A stretch of 52,686 nt of DNA, from assembly GCA_041675045.1 (NCBI GenBank), contig JBAYUP010000002.1, positions 1 through 52,686 of the forward strand, written 5' to 3'. A program made the translations under genes and the position numbers. The notes under the pieces are model-generated. The model was given only the letters and a program-made list of their open reading frames with translations. It had not been told where the DNA came from and searched no databases. Below are positions 17,878-29,146 of this stretch, piece after piece (position 1 is the first letter of the stretch; each line of letters begins with the position of its first letter). The stretch is from Minisyncoccota bacterium. GTDB taxonomy: Bacteria > Patescibacteriota > Minisyncoccia > Phycocordibacterales > UBA9973.

Positions 17878-19179
17878 TTAATCAAAATAATTCTTTAATC
17901 GTGCGATCTTTTCATTACTACGAAGCTTCTCATGCACCTTGGCTTCAATCTGACGAATACGCTCACGAGTGACACCAAAGTCCTGTCCTACCTCTTCGAG
18001 TGTGTGTTGGATACCATCATTGAGCCCATAGCGAAGCTCTAGAATTTTACGTTCCTTTGGAGAGAGTGTATCGAGAACTTCTTTAATCTGGTCAGAAAGG
18101 ATGCGACGAGCGGCTTCTTGGTCAGGACGAAGAATCTTGTCATCAGCAATAAATTCCCCTCGAGTTGATTTCTCATCGTCATCACCTATTGGCTGTTCAA
18201 GAGAAACTGTTTCTTGATTGATTTGTTCAATCACATGAATTTTCTCAACATCAAGATTCATTTCTGTGGCAATTTCTTCTACAAGAGGTTCTCGCCCGAG
18301 ATCTTGAGAAAGACGACGAACAACTTGTTTGTATTTTGAAATTGTTTCCACCATGTGCACAGGAATACGGATAGTGCGCGACTGATCGGCAAGCGCACGA
18401 GTAATAGACTGACGAATCCACCATGTTGCGTATGTTGAGAACTTGTATCCTTTTGTCCAATCAAATTTCTCAACCGCTTTAAAGAGACCTAAGTTCCCTT
18501 CTTGGATCAAATCGAGAAGCGTGAGATCAGAACTACGACCAACATATTTCTTTGCAATAGATACTACGAGACGTAAGTTTGCACGAGCAAGTAAGTTCTT
18601 GGCTTCTTCATCCCCTTTTTCAATACGTCGAGCAAGTTCTTTTTCTTGGTTTGCAGAGATAAGAGAGTATTGTCCAATTTCTTTTAAATAAATCTGAATT
18701 GAATCATACGATGGTGCATCTTTTGTATACTTAAGAGCTGCTTTTTCAACATCACCATCAACATCAAGAAGATTTCCACCCTCAAGAACATCAACACCTG
18801 ACGCAGAAAGTTTTTCATATAATTCATCTAAGAAAAGAATATTATTTTCGATATCAGGAAAAACTTTAATAATCTCATCGTATGTTACGAATCCACGTTT
18901 CTTGCCCTTTTCAATCATTTCGTCAGCCTTCACAACAAGGTCAGCTGCTTTGCGTTCAGCGGCATTTTGTTTAACAGGACGAACCTTAGGAGCTTTCTTG
19001 GCTACAGGCCTCTTTGCAGGTTTGACTGCTTTTTTCTTTGCAACCTTTTTTGCAATCTTTTTAACTGGTTTTTTCTTTGCAGGAAGCTTCTTTTTAGCTG
19101 GTGCTTTTTTTGCTTTCTTTACGGGCTTTTTCACCACCTTCTTCTTAAGATTCTTTTTGTTTTTTGTTTTCGTAGTCAT
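17878..19179 (-). CDS. rpoD: Primary-type RNA polymerase sigma-70 factor with a Lys/Ala/Pro-rich basic N-terminal extension (433 aa)
   Basis: Regions 2.3-2.4 ([16 protein letters not shown]), region 3, and region 4.2 HTH ([20 protein letters not shown]). The first ~75 aa are [15 protein letters not shown]-type repeats. Confidence 0.92.
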   Translation of the reverse strand: MTTKTKNKKNLKKKVVKKPVKKAKKAPAKKKLPAKKKPVKKIAKKVAKKKAVKPAKRPVAKKAPKVRPVKQNAAERKAADLVVKADEMIEKGKKRGFVTYDEIIKVFPDIENNILFLDELYEKLSASGVDVLEGGNLLDVDGDVEKAALKYTKDAPSYDSIQIYLKEIGQYSLISANQEKELARRIEKGDEEAKNLLARANLRLVVSIAKKYVGRSSDLTLLDLIQEGNLGLFKAVEKFDWTKGYKFSTYATWWIRQSITRALADQSRTIRIPVHMVETISKYKQVVRRLSQDLGREPLVEEIATEMNLDVEKIHVIEQINQETVSLEQPIGDDDEKSTRGEFIADDKILRPDQEAARRILSDQIKEVLDTLSPKERKILELRYGLNDGIQHTLEEVGQDFGVTRERIRQIEAKVHEKLRSNEKIARLKNYFD

Positions 19180-19254
19180 ATGTCCGTCTAAATTTTTATA
19201 AATTGATAAGAATATTTTTTCTAATATATACCGCCTGAACTCTTCCCATATACA

Positions 19255-20994
19255 CTATTTCTGCGAACGATGATGTTTAATCTCTTCAATACGTTTATTT
19301 ATATTTGTATGCGCGACCAATTTTTCATCTGTATCAAGCGGGTGTAATCCGCGTTTTTTGTCATGTAAAATTTCTTCTTCAAGATTCAGTAGTATTTCTT
19401 CAAGATCATTCCCTAGTGTTGCGATTTTTTCACCATACCACATTTCAGCCTCGAAACAAAGCGTCGCAGAGTTTGGAACATGACGCTCATGTATCTCCAT
19501 AAATACGTCCGTACCGATACGAACTTTAAACGCGTCAATGAGGGCCTGTTGTGTTTCTTGTATTTCTCCTCCATTCTCATTCCAAAAAATAATCCCGAAC
19601 AATCGTTCCTCAAGTCGAGACCGGCGAGACAATCCAGAAGAATTCAGAACTTCTCTTGATGAGTGTTGTTTCACCTCGAGAGAAGTATGAGTTTTTTCAT
19701 AATCTCTGAAGTCATCAATCACTGCCTGTTCTCCAATACCTGTTTTTAGATAGATATCATGGACATATGCCGAACGTTCAATCGCACTCGATACCATAGA
19801 AAGAAATGGGAACACAATCTCACGAATTTTTCTACCTCGAACACGTACATCTGTCGTCTCCGCACAAATACGATCAAGATGAAAAGAAACAAGATTTACT
19901 GATGTTTTAATATATTCTTTCCACGCATCTTGGCTTTCATGAATAATATCAGCAGGATCTTTCCCCTCTGGTAAACATGTTGTTTTGACTTGCATATCAA
20001 GAGAAAAAGCAATCATCGCCGCGCGACTCGTCGCACGAATACCAGCATTGTCGCCATCAAAGGCAAAAATAATATTAGGAGACAATCTACGGATAAGCCC
20101 TAAGTTTGTAATTTTTGATTGTGTATTATCTGTTGTGTCAGAAAATGCGGTACCAGATGTTGCGACAGTATTCGTAAACCCAGCTTGATGAGAAAGGAGC
20201 AAATCCATTTGTCCTTCAACGATAATACTGTACCCGCGAGTACGTATTGCTGTTTTGGCTTTATCTATGCCGTACAAAACAGAGGCTTTGTTAAAAAGCG
20301 GAGTCTCGGGACTATTGAGATATTTAGCTTCTTCTGTGTCATCTTTACCGAAAATTCTTCCAGAAAATGCAATAACTCTCCCGCTTGAATCACAAATAGG
20401 AAACATTATTCGTGAACGAAATCGGTCATAGGAATGATCAGCTTGTTTTGCTGATGGCTTTGTGAGTCCAACAGTTTCAATATCTTTTTTTGAATATCCT
20501 TTTTTTGTTAAATGGTCAGACACAGCTCGCCACGCATCAGGAGCAAATCCGATTCGAAATGCACGCATCGTCGCATCAGTGAGTCCCCGACCTAACAGAT
20601 ATGCGCGTGCTTCTTTGTTCGCCAGAAATTGAGATTCAAAGAAAAGAGTCGCATCTTCAATGATTGAGTAGAGACGTTCTTTTTCGTCACGCGTGTCTTT
20701 TGAAAATGAAGTATTTTCAAGCGTTACGCCCGCTTTATCAGCGAGAAGTTTTAGAGCGCCACGAAAATCCGTTCCCTCAAAATGTTCTACAAATGAGAAT
20801 ATGTCCCCTTTTGCACCACAACCGAAGCAGTAGTAACTACCTCGGTCAGGTGAAATAAAGAATGATGGGGTTTTCTCGTTGTGGAATGGGCAACGTGCTC
20901 TATAATTCCTCCCTGCTTGCTCCACAGAAAGATATGATGAAATGACATCAACAATAGAAAGTCGGTCTTTAATTGTTTGTACGGATCCATTCAT
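19255..20994 (-). CDS. dnaG: DNA primase DnaG (579 aa from the ATG at 20994; the ORF extends to a TTG at 21012)
   Basis: Zn ribbon CPFHNEKTPSFFISPDRGSYYCFGCGAKGD and TOPRIM motifs IIVEGQMD and FDGDNAG. Confidence 0.93.
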   Translation of the reverse strand: MNGSVQTIKDRLSIVDVISSYLSVEQAGRNYRARCPFHNEKTPSFFISPDRGSYYCFGCGAKGDIFSFVEHFEGTDFRGALKLLADKAGVTLENTSFSKDTRDEKERLYSIIEDATLFFESQFLANKEARAYLLGRGLTDATMRAFRIGFAPDAWRAVSDHLTKKGYSKKDIETVGLTKPSAKQADHSYDRFRSRIMFPICDSSGRVIAFSGRIFGKDDTEEAKYLNSPETPLFNKASVLYGIDKAKTAIRTRGYSIIVEGQMDLLLSHQAGFTNTVATSGTAFSDTTDNTQSKITNLGLIRRLSPNIIFAFDGDNAGIRATSRAAMIAFSLDMQVKTTCLPEGKDPADIIHESQDAWKEYIKTSVNLVSFHLDRICAETTDVRVRGRKIREIVFPFLSMVSSAIERSAYVHDIYLKTGIGEQAVIDDFRDYEKTHTSLEVKQHSSREVLNSSGLSRRSRLEERLFGIIFWNENGGEIQETQQALIDAFKVRIGTDVFMEIHERHVPNSATLCFEAEMWYGEKIATLGNDLEEILLNLEEEILHDKKRGLHPLDTDEKLVAHTNINKRIEEIKHHRSQK

Positions 20995-21018
20995 ATATTT
21001 AATTGTGAACAAGAGAGA

Positions 21019-24000
21019 TTATGCTTCGTCTGCACCACTGTTGTCTGAAGGAGCTACCTTGCGAGCTTTCTTTACACCAAAACCAGTACCCGCAGGAATC
21101 AAGTTACCGATGATAACATTTTCCTTGAGTCCTCGAAGATTGTCGACACCACCACGAATTGCATTGTTGATAAGCACGCGGTTTGTGTTCTGGAATGACG
21201 CAGCAGAGAGCCAACTTTTTGTTGTGAGAGAAACTTCTGTAATACCAAGTACGATAGTATCGGCCACAGCTGGCTTGCCGTTTTCATCTTCAACACGAGC
21301 GTTTTCTTCGATAAGTTCGATTGTTTCAACAATTTCACTTGGTGAGAATGTTGTATCACCTGCATCTTTAATCTTCTTTCGAGAGAACATCTGACGAATA
21401 ATGATTTCAATATGCTTACGAGAAATTGATGCACCCTGAAGGTCATACACCTTGTTGATTTCATCAATAATATATTCTTCAGCTTTTTCTTTACCACCGT
21501 ATTTAACAATTTCTGTAATCTCAGCAGAACCATCAGTAAGTAATTCACCTTTGATGATTTTTGCACCAGCTTTCACAACAGGTTGTCGGCGGAATGGTAC
21601 AACATACTCCATCTCATTTGATTTACCATCAACTTTTGAGTCAGAGAGTACTTTGATAACTTTTTCTTTACCATTATCAGTAACCTCAAGGACCTCACCA
21701 TCAGTCTGTGAGACGATAGCTGGATTTTTTGGAATACGTCGTTCGAAGATTTCTTCAACACGAGGGAGACCTTGTGTAATATCAGATCCACCTGCCACAC
21801 CTCCGGCGTGGAATGTTCGAAGAGTCAACTGAGTACCTGGTTCACCAATCGCCTGCGCCGCAATAATACCAACAGCCTGACCACGTTCAATGAGACAGTT
21901 TCGACCGAGGTCGAGACCATAACACATTCGGCAGATACCATGAGTAACATCACATGAAAGCGGAGTACGAACATGGGCTTCTGTAACACCTGCTTTTTCG
22001 AGCATACGTGCGTCTTCTTTCATCACGAGTGTTCCCTTCTTCATCAAGACCTTTCCTTCAGCGTCTTTTACATCAGCAAGGAGGACACGTCCATTGATAA
22101 ATTTTGCAAATGTTCCATCAACAGCAACAACTTTCTTGCCGTTCTTTGTTCCGCAATCCTCATCAGAGATGATGACATCTTGAGCCACATCAACGAGACG
22201 ACGAGTGAGATATCCGGCCTTCGCAGTGTTAAGCGCGGTGTCAGCAGTACCCTTACGAGAACCGTGCGTTGTAATGAAGTATTCAAGAGGAGACAATCCT
22301 TCAATGTATGATGGAATAATTGGGAAATCGAGTGTCGCACCTGAAGTATTAACAATCAAACCTTTCATACCACACATCTGAACAAGTGACCCCATATTTC
22401 CTCGAGCTCCTGAAGTGATGAGGTCGTACGTTGAACTTCGTGAATCAAGTGTATCAGGAATTATTTTTTCAATATCTTTCTTCGCATGTTCCCAGATTTC
22501 AATAATCTTTTGGTACCGTTCATCTTCAGAAAGAAGACCGTCATCGAATTGACCACGAACAGTTTCTTCTTCTTTGCGTGCGCGAGTAACGATATCTTTT
22601 TTTCCTTCTGGAACAGTCACGTTATCAATACCCCATGTGACACCAGAATACGTCGCATATTGGAAACCAAATTCCTTTATCTTGTCGAGCACCTTTGGAG
22701 TTGCATCAATACCGTAATGCATGATGAGTTCATCAACGAGAAGTGACATACGCTTGATAGTGATTTCTTCGTTCATGAATGGGAAATCATCTGGGAAAAT
22801 ACTATTGAAGAATAGTCGGCCAACAGTTGTTTCAAATGGCTTGCCTTCAAATCGAGCATAGCGCTCCTTCTCACTACCGAGAACTTTGATTTTTGCACGG
22901 AATGTAATCGCTCCGAGATCAAACGCAGTAATTGCTTGGTTCGGGTTTGCAAATGCCATACCTTCACCTTTTTCTCCGTCAACTGATTTTGTCATCCAGT
23001 AACATCCAAGAATCATATCCATCTTTGGCATGACAATAGGAGCACCGTCTTGTGGCTTAAGCAAGTTTTTGTTTGCAGCCATATAGTCGCGTGCCTCACC
23101 TTGAGCTTCTTCTGAAAGTGGAACATACACGGCCATTTGGTCTCCGTCGAAGTCAGCGTTGAATCCTGTACATACGAGTGGGTGAACCTGAACAGCGTTT
23201 CCTTCAATAAGAATTGGGTTGAACGCCTGAATACCGAGACGGTGAAGCGTAGGAGCACGGTTCAAGAGAACGTACTTACCGCGAATCACTTCTTCGAGGA
23301 TTGCCCATACTTCTGGGATACCTTCTTCAATAAGACGGTTTGCTCCACGAATATTAAATGCGAGTTCTGTTTCAAGAATTTTTGAGATTACGAATGGACG
23401 GAAGAGTTCGAGCGCCATGTGCTTTGGAAGACCACACTGATTGAGTTTCAAGTTTGGACCAACCACAATAACAGAACGACCAGAGTAGTCCACACGCTTA
23501 CCGAGCAAGTTCTGACGGAAGAGACCTTGTTTTGATTTCAAGTTATCAGAAAGTGATTTGAGTGCACGCTTCTGTGATGTTGAAACAGCTTGTGAATCGT
23601 TTTGCTTTGCGATTGAGTTATCAATAAGCGCGTCACATGCTTCCTGAAGAATACGCTTTTCGTTACGGAGAATAACATCAGGTGCACCGATTTCCTTCAA
23701 TTTCTTCAAGCGGTTATTACGGTTGATTACGCGACGATACAAGTCATTCAAGTCAGATGTCGCATGACGACCACCATCAAGAGCAACCATAGGGCGGAGT
23801 GCTGGTGGAATCACAGGAATACGAGTAAGGAACATCCACTCAGGACGGATACCTGAATGAATCATTGAACGAATGAGAGACATTCGCTTCTCTAGCTTTT
23901 CCTTATCAAGAGAACTTGCTTTTGGAATATGTGCGAGTGTTTCTTCTTTGAGTTTCTCGAGATCAAGATTTTTGAAAAGTGTATAAATTGCCTCAGCACC

Positions 24001-24639
24001 GATTGATGCTTCAAAACAACTTCCGTATTTCAATCCGTAGTGATGATACGCAATTTCATTAAGAACCTTACCAACAGCGATTTCATTAATTTCACGCTTT
24101 GTATTTGTTAAAAGTTCTTTTAGTTTTTCTTTGCCTTCTTCATCAGCAGCACTTTTGATTTTTGCCTTGAATTCACTTTCGAGATTCTTGATGATTTCTT
24201 CTTTCTCATCTTTGTGAACAGTAGTGATTATATATCCAGCGAAATAAATCACTTTTTCGAGATCATTTACTGGGATGTTAAGAAGAACTGACATTCGTGA
24301 TGGAACACCACGAAGGAACCAGATGTGTGCAACAGGAGACGCAAGGTCGATGTGACCCATACGTTCACGTCGAACGATTGAGCGTGTTACTTCAACGCCA
24401 CATTTTTCACAGATAATATCCTTGTAACGGATTCGGCGGTATTTTCCACAGTAACATTCATAATCCTTTTCTGGACCGAAAATACGTTCATCGAATAACC
24501 CTGATCGCTCAGAGCGACCAGTTCGATAGTTAATTGTTTCTGGCTTGGTGACTTCACCATATGACCATTCAGCAATTCTCTCAGGAGATGCGAGAGACAG
24601 TGTGATTGAATCAAAATCTGTTGTATCAATTGTTTTCAT
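21019..24639 (-). CDS. rpoC: DNA-directed RNA polymerase subunit beta-prime (1206 aa)
   Basis: Catalytic [11 protein letters not shown], the N-terminal Zn motif CYCGKY...CEKCGVEV, and bridge-helix and trigger-loop regions. Confidence 0.98.
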   Translation of the reverse strand: MKTIDTTDFDSITLSLASPERIAEWSYGEVTKPETINYRTGRSERSGLFDERIFGPEKDYECYCGKYRRIRYKDIICEKCGVEVTRSIVRRERMGHIDLASPVAHIWFLRGVPSRMSVLLNIPVNDLEKVIYFAGYIITTVHKDEKEEIIKNLESEFKAKIKSAADEEGKEKLKELLTNTKREINEIAVGKVLNEIAYHHYGLKYGSCFEASIGAEAIYTLFKNLDLEKLKEETLAHIPKASSLDKEKLEKRMSLIRSMIHSGIRPEWMFLTRIPVIPPALRPMVALDGGRHATSDLNDLYRRVINRNNRLKKLKEIGAPDVILRNEKRILQEACDALIDNSIAKQNDSQAVSTSQKRALKSLSDNLKSKQGLFRQNLLGKRVDYSGRSVIVVGPNLKLNQCGLPKHMALELFRPFVISKILETELAFNIRGANRLIEEGIPEVWAILEEVIRGKYVLLNRAPTLHRLGIQAFNPILIEGNAVQVHPLVCTGFNADFDGDQMAVYVPLSEEAQGEARDYMAANKNLLKPQDGAPIVMPKMDMILGCYWMTKSVDGEKGEGMAFANPNQAITAFDLGAITFRAKIKVLGSEKERYARFEGKPFETTVGRLFFNSIFPDDFPFMNEEITIKRMSLLVDELIMHYGIDATPKVLDKIKEFGFQYATYSGVTWGIDNVTVPEGKKDIVTRARKEEETVRGQFDDGLLSEDERYQKIIEIWEHAKKDIEKIIPDTLDSRSSTYDLITSGARGNMGSLVQMCGMKGLIVNTSGATLDFPIIPSYIEGLSPLEYFITTHGSRKGTADTALNTAKAGYLTRRLVDVAQDVIISDEDCGTKNGKKVVAVDGTFAKFINGRVLLADVKDAEGKVLMKKGTLVMKEDARMLEKAGVTEAHVRTPLSCDVTHGICRMCYGLDLGRNCLIERGQAVGIIAAQAIGEPGTQLTLRTFHAGGVAGGSDITQGLPRVEEIFERRIPKNPAIVSQTDGEVLEVTDNGKEKVIKVLSDSKVDGKSNEMEYVVPFRRQPVVKAGAKIIKGELLTDGSAEITEIVKYGGKEKAEEYIIDEINKVYDLQGASISRKHIEIIIRQMFSRKKIKDAGDTTFSPSEIVETIELIEENARVEDENGKPAVADTIVLGITEVSLTTKSWLSAASFQNTNRVLINNAIRGGVDNLRGLKENVIIGNLIPAGTGFGVKKARKVAPSDNSGADEA

Positions 24640-24663
24640 ACGATTGTGATAGTTTAGGAGTAA

Positions 24664-25017
<354 letters not shown>

Positions 25018-27837
25018 TCAAATAGCGATATCCTGATCGAAAGCATCACCTGTTCGTCCGTCATAGAGTGTCACCTTTCCACTTTCTGGCATTCCCGCCT
25101 TAACGAGCTCTGCTTTGATTTCTGGAACAGTTGCTGATGAAAATGGAGGTACGATTGCCTGATATCCGAGGACATGTGCAGCATAACCCAAGTGCATTTC
25201 AAGAATCTGTCCAAGGTTCATACGAGATGGCACACCGAGTGGAGTAAGAATGATATCGATTGGTGTACCGTCAGCCATAAATGGCATTTCTTCTTCTGGA
25301 AGAATAACAGAGATAACACCCTTGTTACCGTGGCGACCAGCAAGCTTGTCACCCACAGAGATATTTCTGATTTGAGCGATTTCAACAATAATCTTTTTGA
25401 TGATTCCTGATTCAAGATTGTGTCCTTGGTCTCGAGAGAAAATCTTCACACCAACAACACGACCTTTTTTGCCGTGCTCAAGACGAAGTGATGTATCTTT
25501 CACATCACGTGCTTTTTCTGTAAAGATTGATCGGAGAAGGCGTTCTTCTGGAGTGAGTTCTGTTTCGCCCTTTGGTGTAATTTTACCAACGAGAATATCA
25601 TTCTCGCGAACTTCTGCGCCGACAACAATAATACCGTCTTCATCGAGATCCTTTAATTTATTTTCACCAACGTTTGGAATATCGCGTGTTGTGACTTCAG
25701 CACCGAGTTTTGTGTCACGAACATTACATACGAATTCAGTTACATAGATACTTGTAAATTTACTCTGCTTTACGAGTCGTTCTGAGAGAATAATCGCGTC
25801 TTCGTAGTTTGCTCCACCCCATGACATAAAGGCCACGAGCGCGTTCTGCCCGAGTGCAATTTGTCCACGGTCGGTTGTTGATGTATCAGCAATAACTTGA
25901 CCCTTCTTCACATGATCACCGAGAGACACACTTGGTCGCTGGTGCAAAATCGAGAAGTTGTTTGTACGAGAAAATGTAACCAATGGATATGTATGATCTT
26001 TGTTCTTGTCGTCCTTAATAGTGATTTTCTTTGCATCAACATACGAAATCGTACCTGAAACTTCGGCAACAATAAGACGTCCTGAGTCACGTGATGCAAG
26101 CTCTTCCATACCTGTCGCTACAAGTGGCGCTTCAGGAATAATACATGGGAGGGCCTGCTTCTGCATGTTACTTCCCATGAGTGTTCGGTGAGCATCATCG
26201 TGTTCAAGGAATGGAATCATTGAAGTCGCAATAGAGAATGCTTGGTTTGTCGCAACATCAATATAATCAACATCTTTTTTGTCGATAAGTCCTGGGTTTG
26301 TAGAAAGACGTGCCTCAACTTTTTCATCGAGGATATTACCCTTCTCATCATAGTTCGTACCCGCGTGCGCGATGTTTACTCGCTCTTCCTCAAGCGCGTT
26401 TAAGTAGACAACTTCACTAGTGATCTTGCCGTTCTTAACCTTGATATATGGTGTTTCGATAATACCGAATGAATTAATTTTCGCGTATGTTGAGAGGTGA
26501 AGGATGAGACCGATGTTCGGACCTTCTGGAGTGTGAATAGGACACACACGACCATAGTGCGATGTATGCACGTCACGAACTTCGAGACCTGCACGTTCAC
26601 GAGTAAGACCTCCTGGTCCAAGCGCAGAGAGCGTACGAAGGTGTTCGACTTCGGCCATCACGTTTTCTTGGTTCATGAATTGTGAAAGCTGGTTCGCAGT
26701 AAAGAATTCTTTAATACGAGCTTGGAGTGGTCGCTGGTTGATGATTTGAATAGGCATTGTTGTGCCGACATCAATAGTCGACATGCGATCTTGAATATTA
26801 CGCTTAATCTGCGCCATACCCATACGAACTTTCTGCTGGAGCATTTCACCTACATAACGAACACGACGCTGACCCAAGTGGTCGATATCATCAGCTGTTG
26901 CGTGAGGTGTATTGTTTAGCTCTATAATATGAGAAACGATTGCGACAACATCATCACCAGAGATAGTGCGACGTTCCATTTCTTTGTCTGCCATACTCTT
27001 GTCGAAACGCTTGTTGAATCGGAAACGACCAACAGGAGAAAGGTCGTAACGTTCACCAGAAAGAAGCGCGGTGATAAATTCACGTGCGTTATCAGGTGTT
27101 GCGAGGTCGCCATCACGAAGTCGCTTGTATATTTCAATATATGAGTCAGAGAGAGTTTTTGCAGGGTCTTTTTCGAGACAGATTTTAAGTGCCTTGATAA
27201 CTTCCTCGTTCTTACCGAAAGCCTTGGTCATAGCTTCATCAGTTGTAAGTCCGAGTACACGAAGAAGAGACGCAACAGAGAATTTGCGCTTTTTGTCGAT
27301 ACGAACATAGACTGCTCCATCCGCATCTGATTCTATTTCAATCCATACTCCACGAGCTGGAATAATTTTTGCACCAAAATATCGCTTACCCTTTTGTTCT
27401 TGTTCTGTGAAAAATACACCGAATGAACGAGTAAGCTGTGGGACAATAACACGCTCAACACCATTGATGATGAATGTACCGTGCTTTGTCATGAGTGGCA
27501 CATCTGCCATAAAAATTTCTTGTTCTTTTGATGTACCGATACTCTTGTTGAGCAAACGAACGCGCGCCTTGAGCGGACCTTCGTATGTCAATTTATTTAT
27601 TTTTGTATACTCTTCATCAAACTTTGGCTCACCAAGTGAGAATGACGCGAAGTCGAGTTGAAACTTTTTCTCTGAATAATCATTAATGGGAGAAAATTCT
27701 TTAAACACTTCCTTAAGTCCACTTTCAACCAACCAATTGAATGAGACAAGCTGATTCTCAATCAAATTAGGAAACTCGACCAACGGTTTTTTGTACCGTG
27801 AAAAATACTTCTTCTCTCGTGTTGCTGTTTTTTTCAT
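25018..27837 (-). CDS. rpoB: RNA polymerase beta subunit, N-terminal 939 codons ending at an in-frame TGA (25018-25020). The full gene is 24664-27837 if the TGA is decoded.
   Basis: Conserved beta motifs throughout: FIINGVERVIV, GPGGLTRERAG, HYGRVCPIHTPEGPNIGLI, NMQKQALP, AGRHGNKGVIS. The ORF stops at ...DAFDQDIAI, where homologues continue with G-[YI]-MYM. Confidence 0.95.
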   Translation of the reverse strand: MKKTATREKKYFSRYKKPLVEFPNLIENQLVSFNWLVESGLKEVFKEFSPINDYSEKKFQLDFASFSLGEPKFDEEYTKINKLTYEGPLKARVRLLNKSIGTSKEQEIFMADVPLMTKHGTFIINGVERVIVPQLTRSFGVFFTEQEQKGKRYFGAKIIPARGVWIEIESDADGAVYVRIDKKRKFSVASLLRVLGLTTDEAMTKAFGKNEEVIKALKICLEKDPAKTLSDSYIEIYKRLRDGDLATPDNAREFITALLSGERYDLSPVGRFRFNKRFDKSMADKEMERRTISGDDVVAIVSHIIELNNTPHATADDIDHLGQRRVRYVGEMLQQKVRMGMAQIKRNIQDRMSTIDVGTTMPIQIINQRPLQARIKEFFTANQLSQFMNQENVMAEVEHLRTLSALGPGGLTRERAGLEVRDVHTSHYGRVCPIHTPEGPNIGLILHLSTYAKINSFGIIETPYIKVKNGKITSEVVYLNALEEERVNIAHAGTNYDEKGNILDEKVEARLSTNPGLIDKKDVDYIDVATNQAFSIATSMIPFLEHDDAHRTLMGSNMQKQALPCIIPEAPLVATGMEELASRDSGRLIVAEVSGTISYVDAKKITIKDDKNKDHTYPLVTFSRTNNFSILHQRPSVSLGDHVKKGQVIADTSTTDRGQIALGQNALVAFMSWGGANYEDAIILSERLVKQSKFTSIYVTEFVCNVRDTKLGAEVTTRDIPNVGENKLKDLDEDGIIVVGAEVRENDILVGKITPKGETELTPEERLLRSIFTEKARDVKDTSLRLEHGKKGRVVGVKIFSRDQGHNLESGIIKKIIVEIAQIRNISVGDKLAGRHGNKGVISVILPEEEMPFMADGTPIDIILTPLGVPSRMNLGQILEMHLGYAAHVLGYQAIVPPFSSATVPEIKAELVKAGMPESGKVTLYDGRTGDAFDQDIAI

Positions 27838-28050
27838 ATCGATAAGAAAATCAAAATCAAATATACGACACCAAAATACATGGTGCTACATACTTAATTT
27901 TAAACACAAAAAAGCACTAAGGTGACCAAACCTTATTGCTGGGGTTCTATATAATTGGCAGTTTTATTGTTTTTTAACACAAGTGTGCCATTACACGCTT
28001 ATAAATAGTGATCGGTACTGCCATAACTCAATCGGTGTTCACTGGGGATA

Positions 28051-28079
28051 ATCCTATCTTAATTCTATCTTTTTGTCAA
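28051..28079 (-). promoter_or_regulatory. Weak promoter candidate for rpoB (TTGACAAAAAG ... TAGGAT)
   Basis: The minus strand reads TTGACA (28079-28074), a 17-nt spacer, then TAGGAT (28056-28051). It shares the 11-mer with the promoters at 6 and 3456 and implies a ~200-nt leader. Confidence 0.3.
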
Positions 28080-28094
28080 ATACGATATAGTCAC

Positions 28095-28126
28095 CAAAGA
28101 AAAGCCACCTCTTTTGAGAAGGTGGC
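28095..28126 (-). terminator. Intrinsic terminator after the 87-aa membrane-protein gene
   Basis: GCCACCT/AGGTGGC stem, followed on the minus strand by TTTTCTTTGG. Confidence 0.65.
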
Positions 28127-28147
28127 GATTCAATACTATTTTTAAAT

Positions 28148-28411
28148 TTAGAAGCCAGAAAAGGGCAAACATACAACCACCACTACTCCTAAACTTATGA
28201 TTGAGTAGCCGATGATGCGTCCATTCCGATCAATGTTCTTGTGCTTTAAAAGATACACTCCAAGACCAATAGCCATCAATCCTTTGCTTAAGAAAAAATA
28301 AAAGACTGACAAAAACTGGTCGTCCAAGATAAAGCTAATCGCATTAGGGATGAACATCATAGCACCTATAACAACAAGTGCCATTGCAAAAAATTTTAAT
28401 GATTTTTCCAT
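28148..28411 (-). CDS. Hypothetical small membrane protein (87 aa, 3 predicted TM helices)
   Basis: Strongly hydrophobic ORF with its own consensus promoter and terminator. Confidence 0.55.
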   Translation of the reverse strand: MEKSLKFFAMALVVIGAMMFIPNAISFILDDQFLSVFYFFLSKGLMAIGLGVYLLKHKNIDRNGRIIGYSIISLGVVVVVCLPFSGF

Positions 28412-28434
28412 TTTGTTAGGAGATTAAATAAATA

Positions 28435-28488
28435 ATTTTGAAAGTTATCAGAAAAAATAATCATACTTCCTCTGATAACTTTCAAAAT
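28435..28488 (-). repeat. Perfect 18-bp inverted repeat with an 18-nt loop in the 5' leader of the 87-aa gene
   Basis: ATTTTGAAAGTTATCAGA (28435-28452) is the exact reverse complement of TCTGATAACTTTCAAAAT (28471-28488). It lies between the promoter at 28523-28551 and the start at 28411. Confidence 0.8.
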
Positions 28489-28522
28489 CTTAATCCCTAA
28501 AAACAGAATCACTCTTGGGTAT

Positions 28523-28551
28523 ATTATAGCATAATGGAAGATAAAAGTCAA
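28523..28551 (-). promoter_or_regulatory. Consensus-like promoter TTGACT-N17-TATAAT
   Basis: The minus strand reads TTGACT (28551-28546), a 17-nt spacer, then TATAAT (28528-28523). Confidence 0.65.
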
Positions 28552-28600
28552 GTTAAAGGACCTCCGAGTAGAAGGTCCTTTTGTGCTTATGGTTACAGTC

Positions 28601-28987
28601 TTAAATATGAGCGGGCTCCCCTTTTTGAGCAGATAAAATCACGCTGGAAATATCCTCGATATACACAAATGGTAAGTGTATTTTTGCGGGCAAAAGAGCA
28701 CTGTTGAAAGGAATATATCCTTTTCCTGGTTCTTCTGATTTTTTCAATAGAGAAACTTCGATAACTTCAAGGGAAGATTGGGTTGCATTAACCTCCTCAA
28801 TTTTTATTATTAAACCGGCAGAATATTCATCTAGAGCAAATGGGTGCTCTAACTTTGCCTTTAAAAATTCCTTCCCGTTTTTATTCAATTGAATAATGGC
28901 AGAAATTTTTTGTTCACATAAAAACTTCAGAATGGCCAACTTCCCCAATGGGGTTGATTGAGAAAAAACACTTTGCGATTCGTTCAT
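28601..28987 (-). CDS. Hypothetical protein (128 aa)
   Basis: ORF with its own promoter (29031-29059). No recognisable motif. Confidence 0.5.
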   Translation of the reverse strand: MNESQSVFSQSTPLGKLAILKFLCEQKISAIIQLNKNGKEFLKAKLEHPFALDEYSAGLIIKIEEVNATQSSLEVIEVSLLKKSEEPGKGYIPFNSALLPAKIHLPFVYIEDISSVILSAQKGEPAHI

Positions 28988-29030
28988 GATTCATTTGTAT
29001 TTAGGGTTTGACTTTAGAAAATTTAACTGT

Positions 29031-29059
29031 ATTTTACATCCTAAATAGATAAATGTCAA
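29031..29059 (-). promoter_or_regulatory. Promoter TTGACA-N17-TAAAAT
   Basis: The minus strand reads TTGACA (29059-29054), a 17-nt spacer, then TAAAAT (29036-29031), about 40 nt upstream of the 28987 start. Confidence 0.6.
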
Positions 29060-29092
29060 ATTGCCTGATTGAAGAATTCTTCACACAAGATG

Positions 29093-29127
29093 AAAGCCGC
29101 ACATGCTAAATTATGTGCGGCTTTTTA
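29093..29127. terminator. Intrinsic terminator after the 172-aa ORF
   Basis: AAAGCCGCACAT...ATGTGCGGCTTT hairpin of 12 bp with flanking T/A runs. Confidence 0.7.
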
Positions 29128-29146
29128 TGTAATGATGATTAATAAT

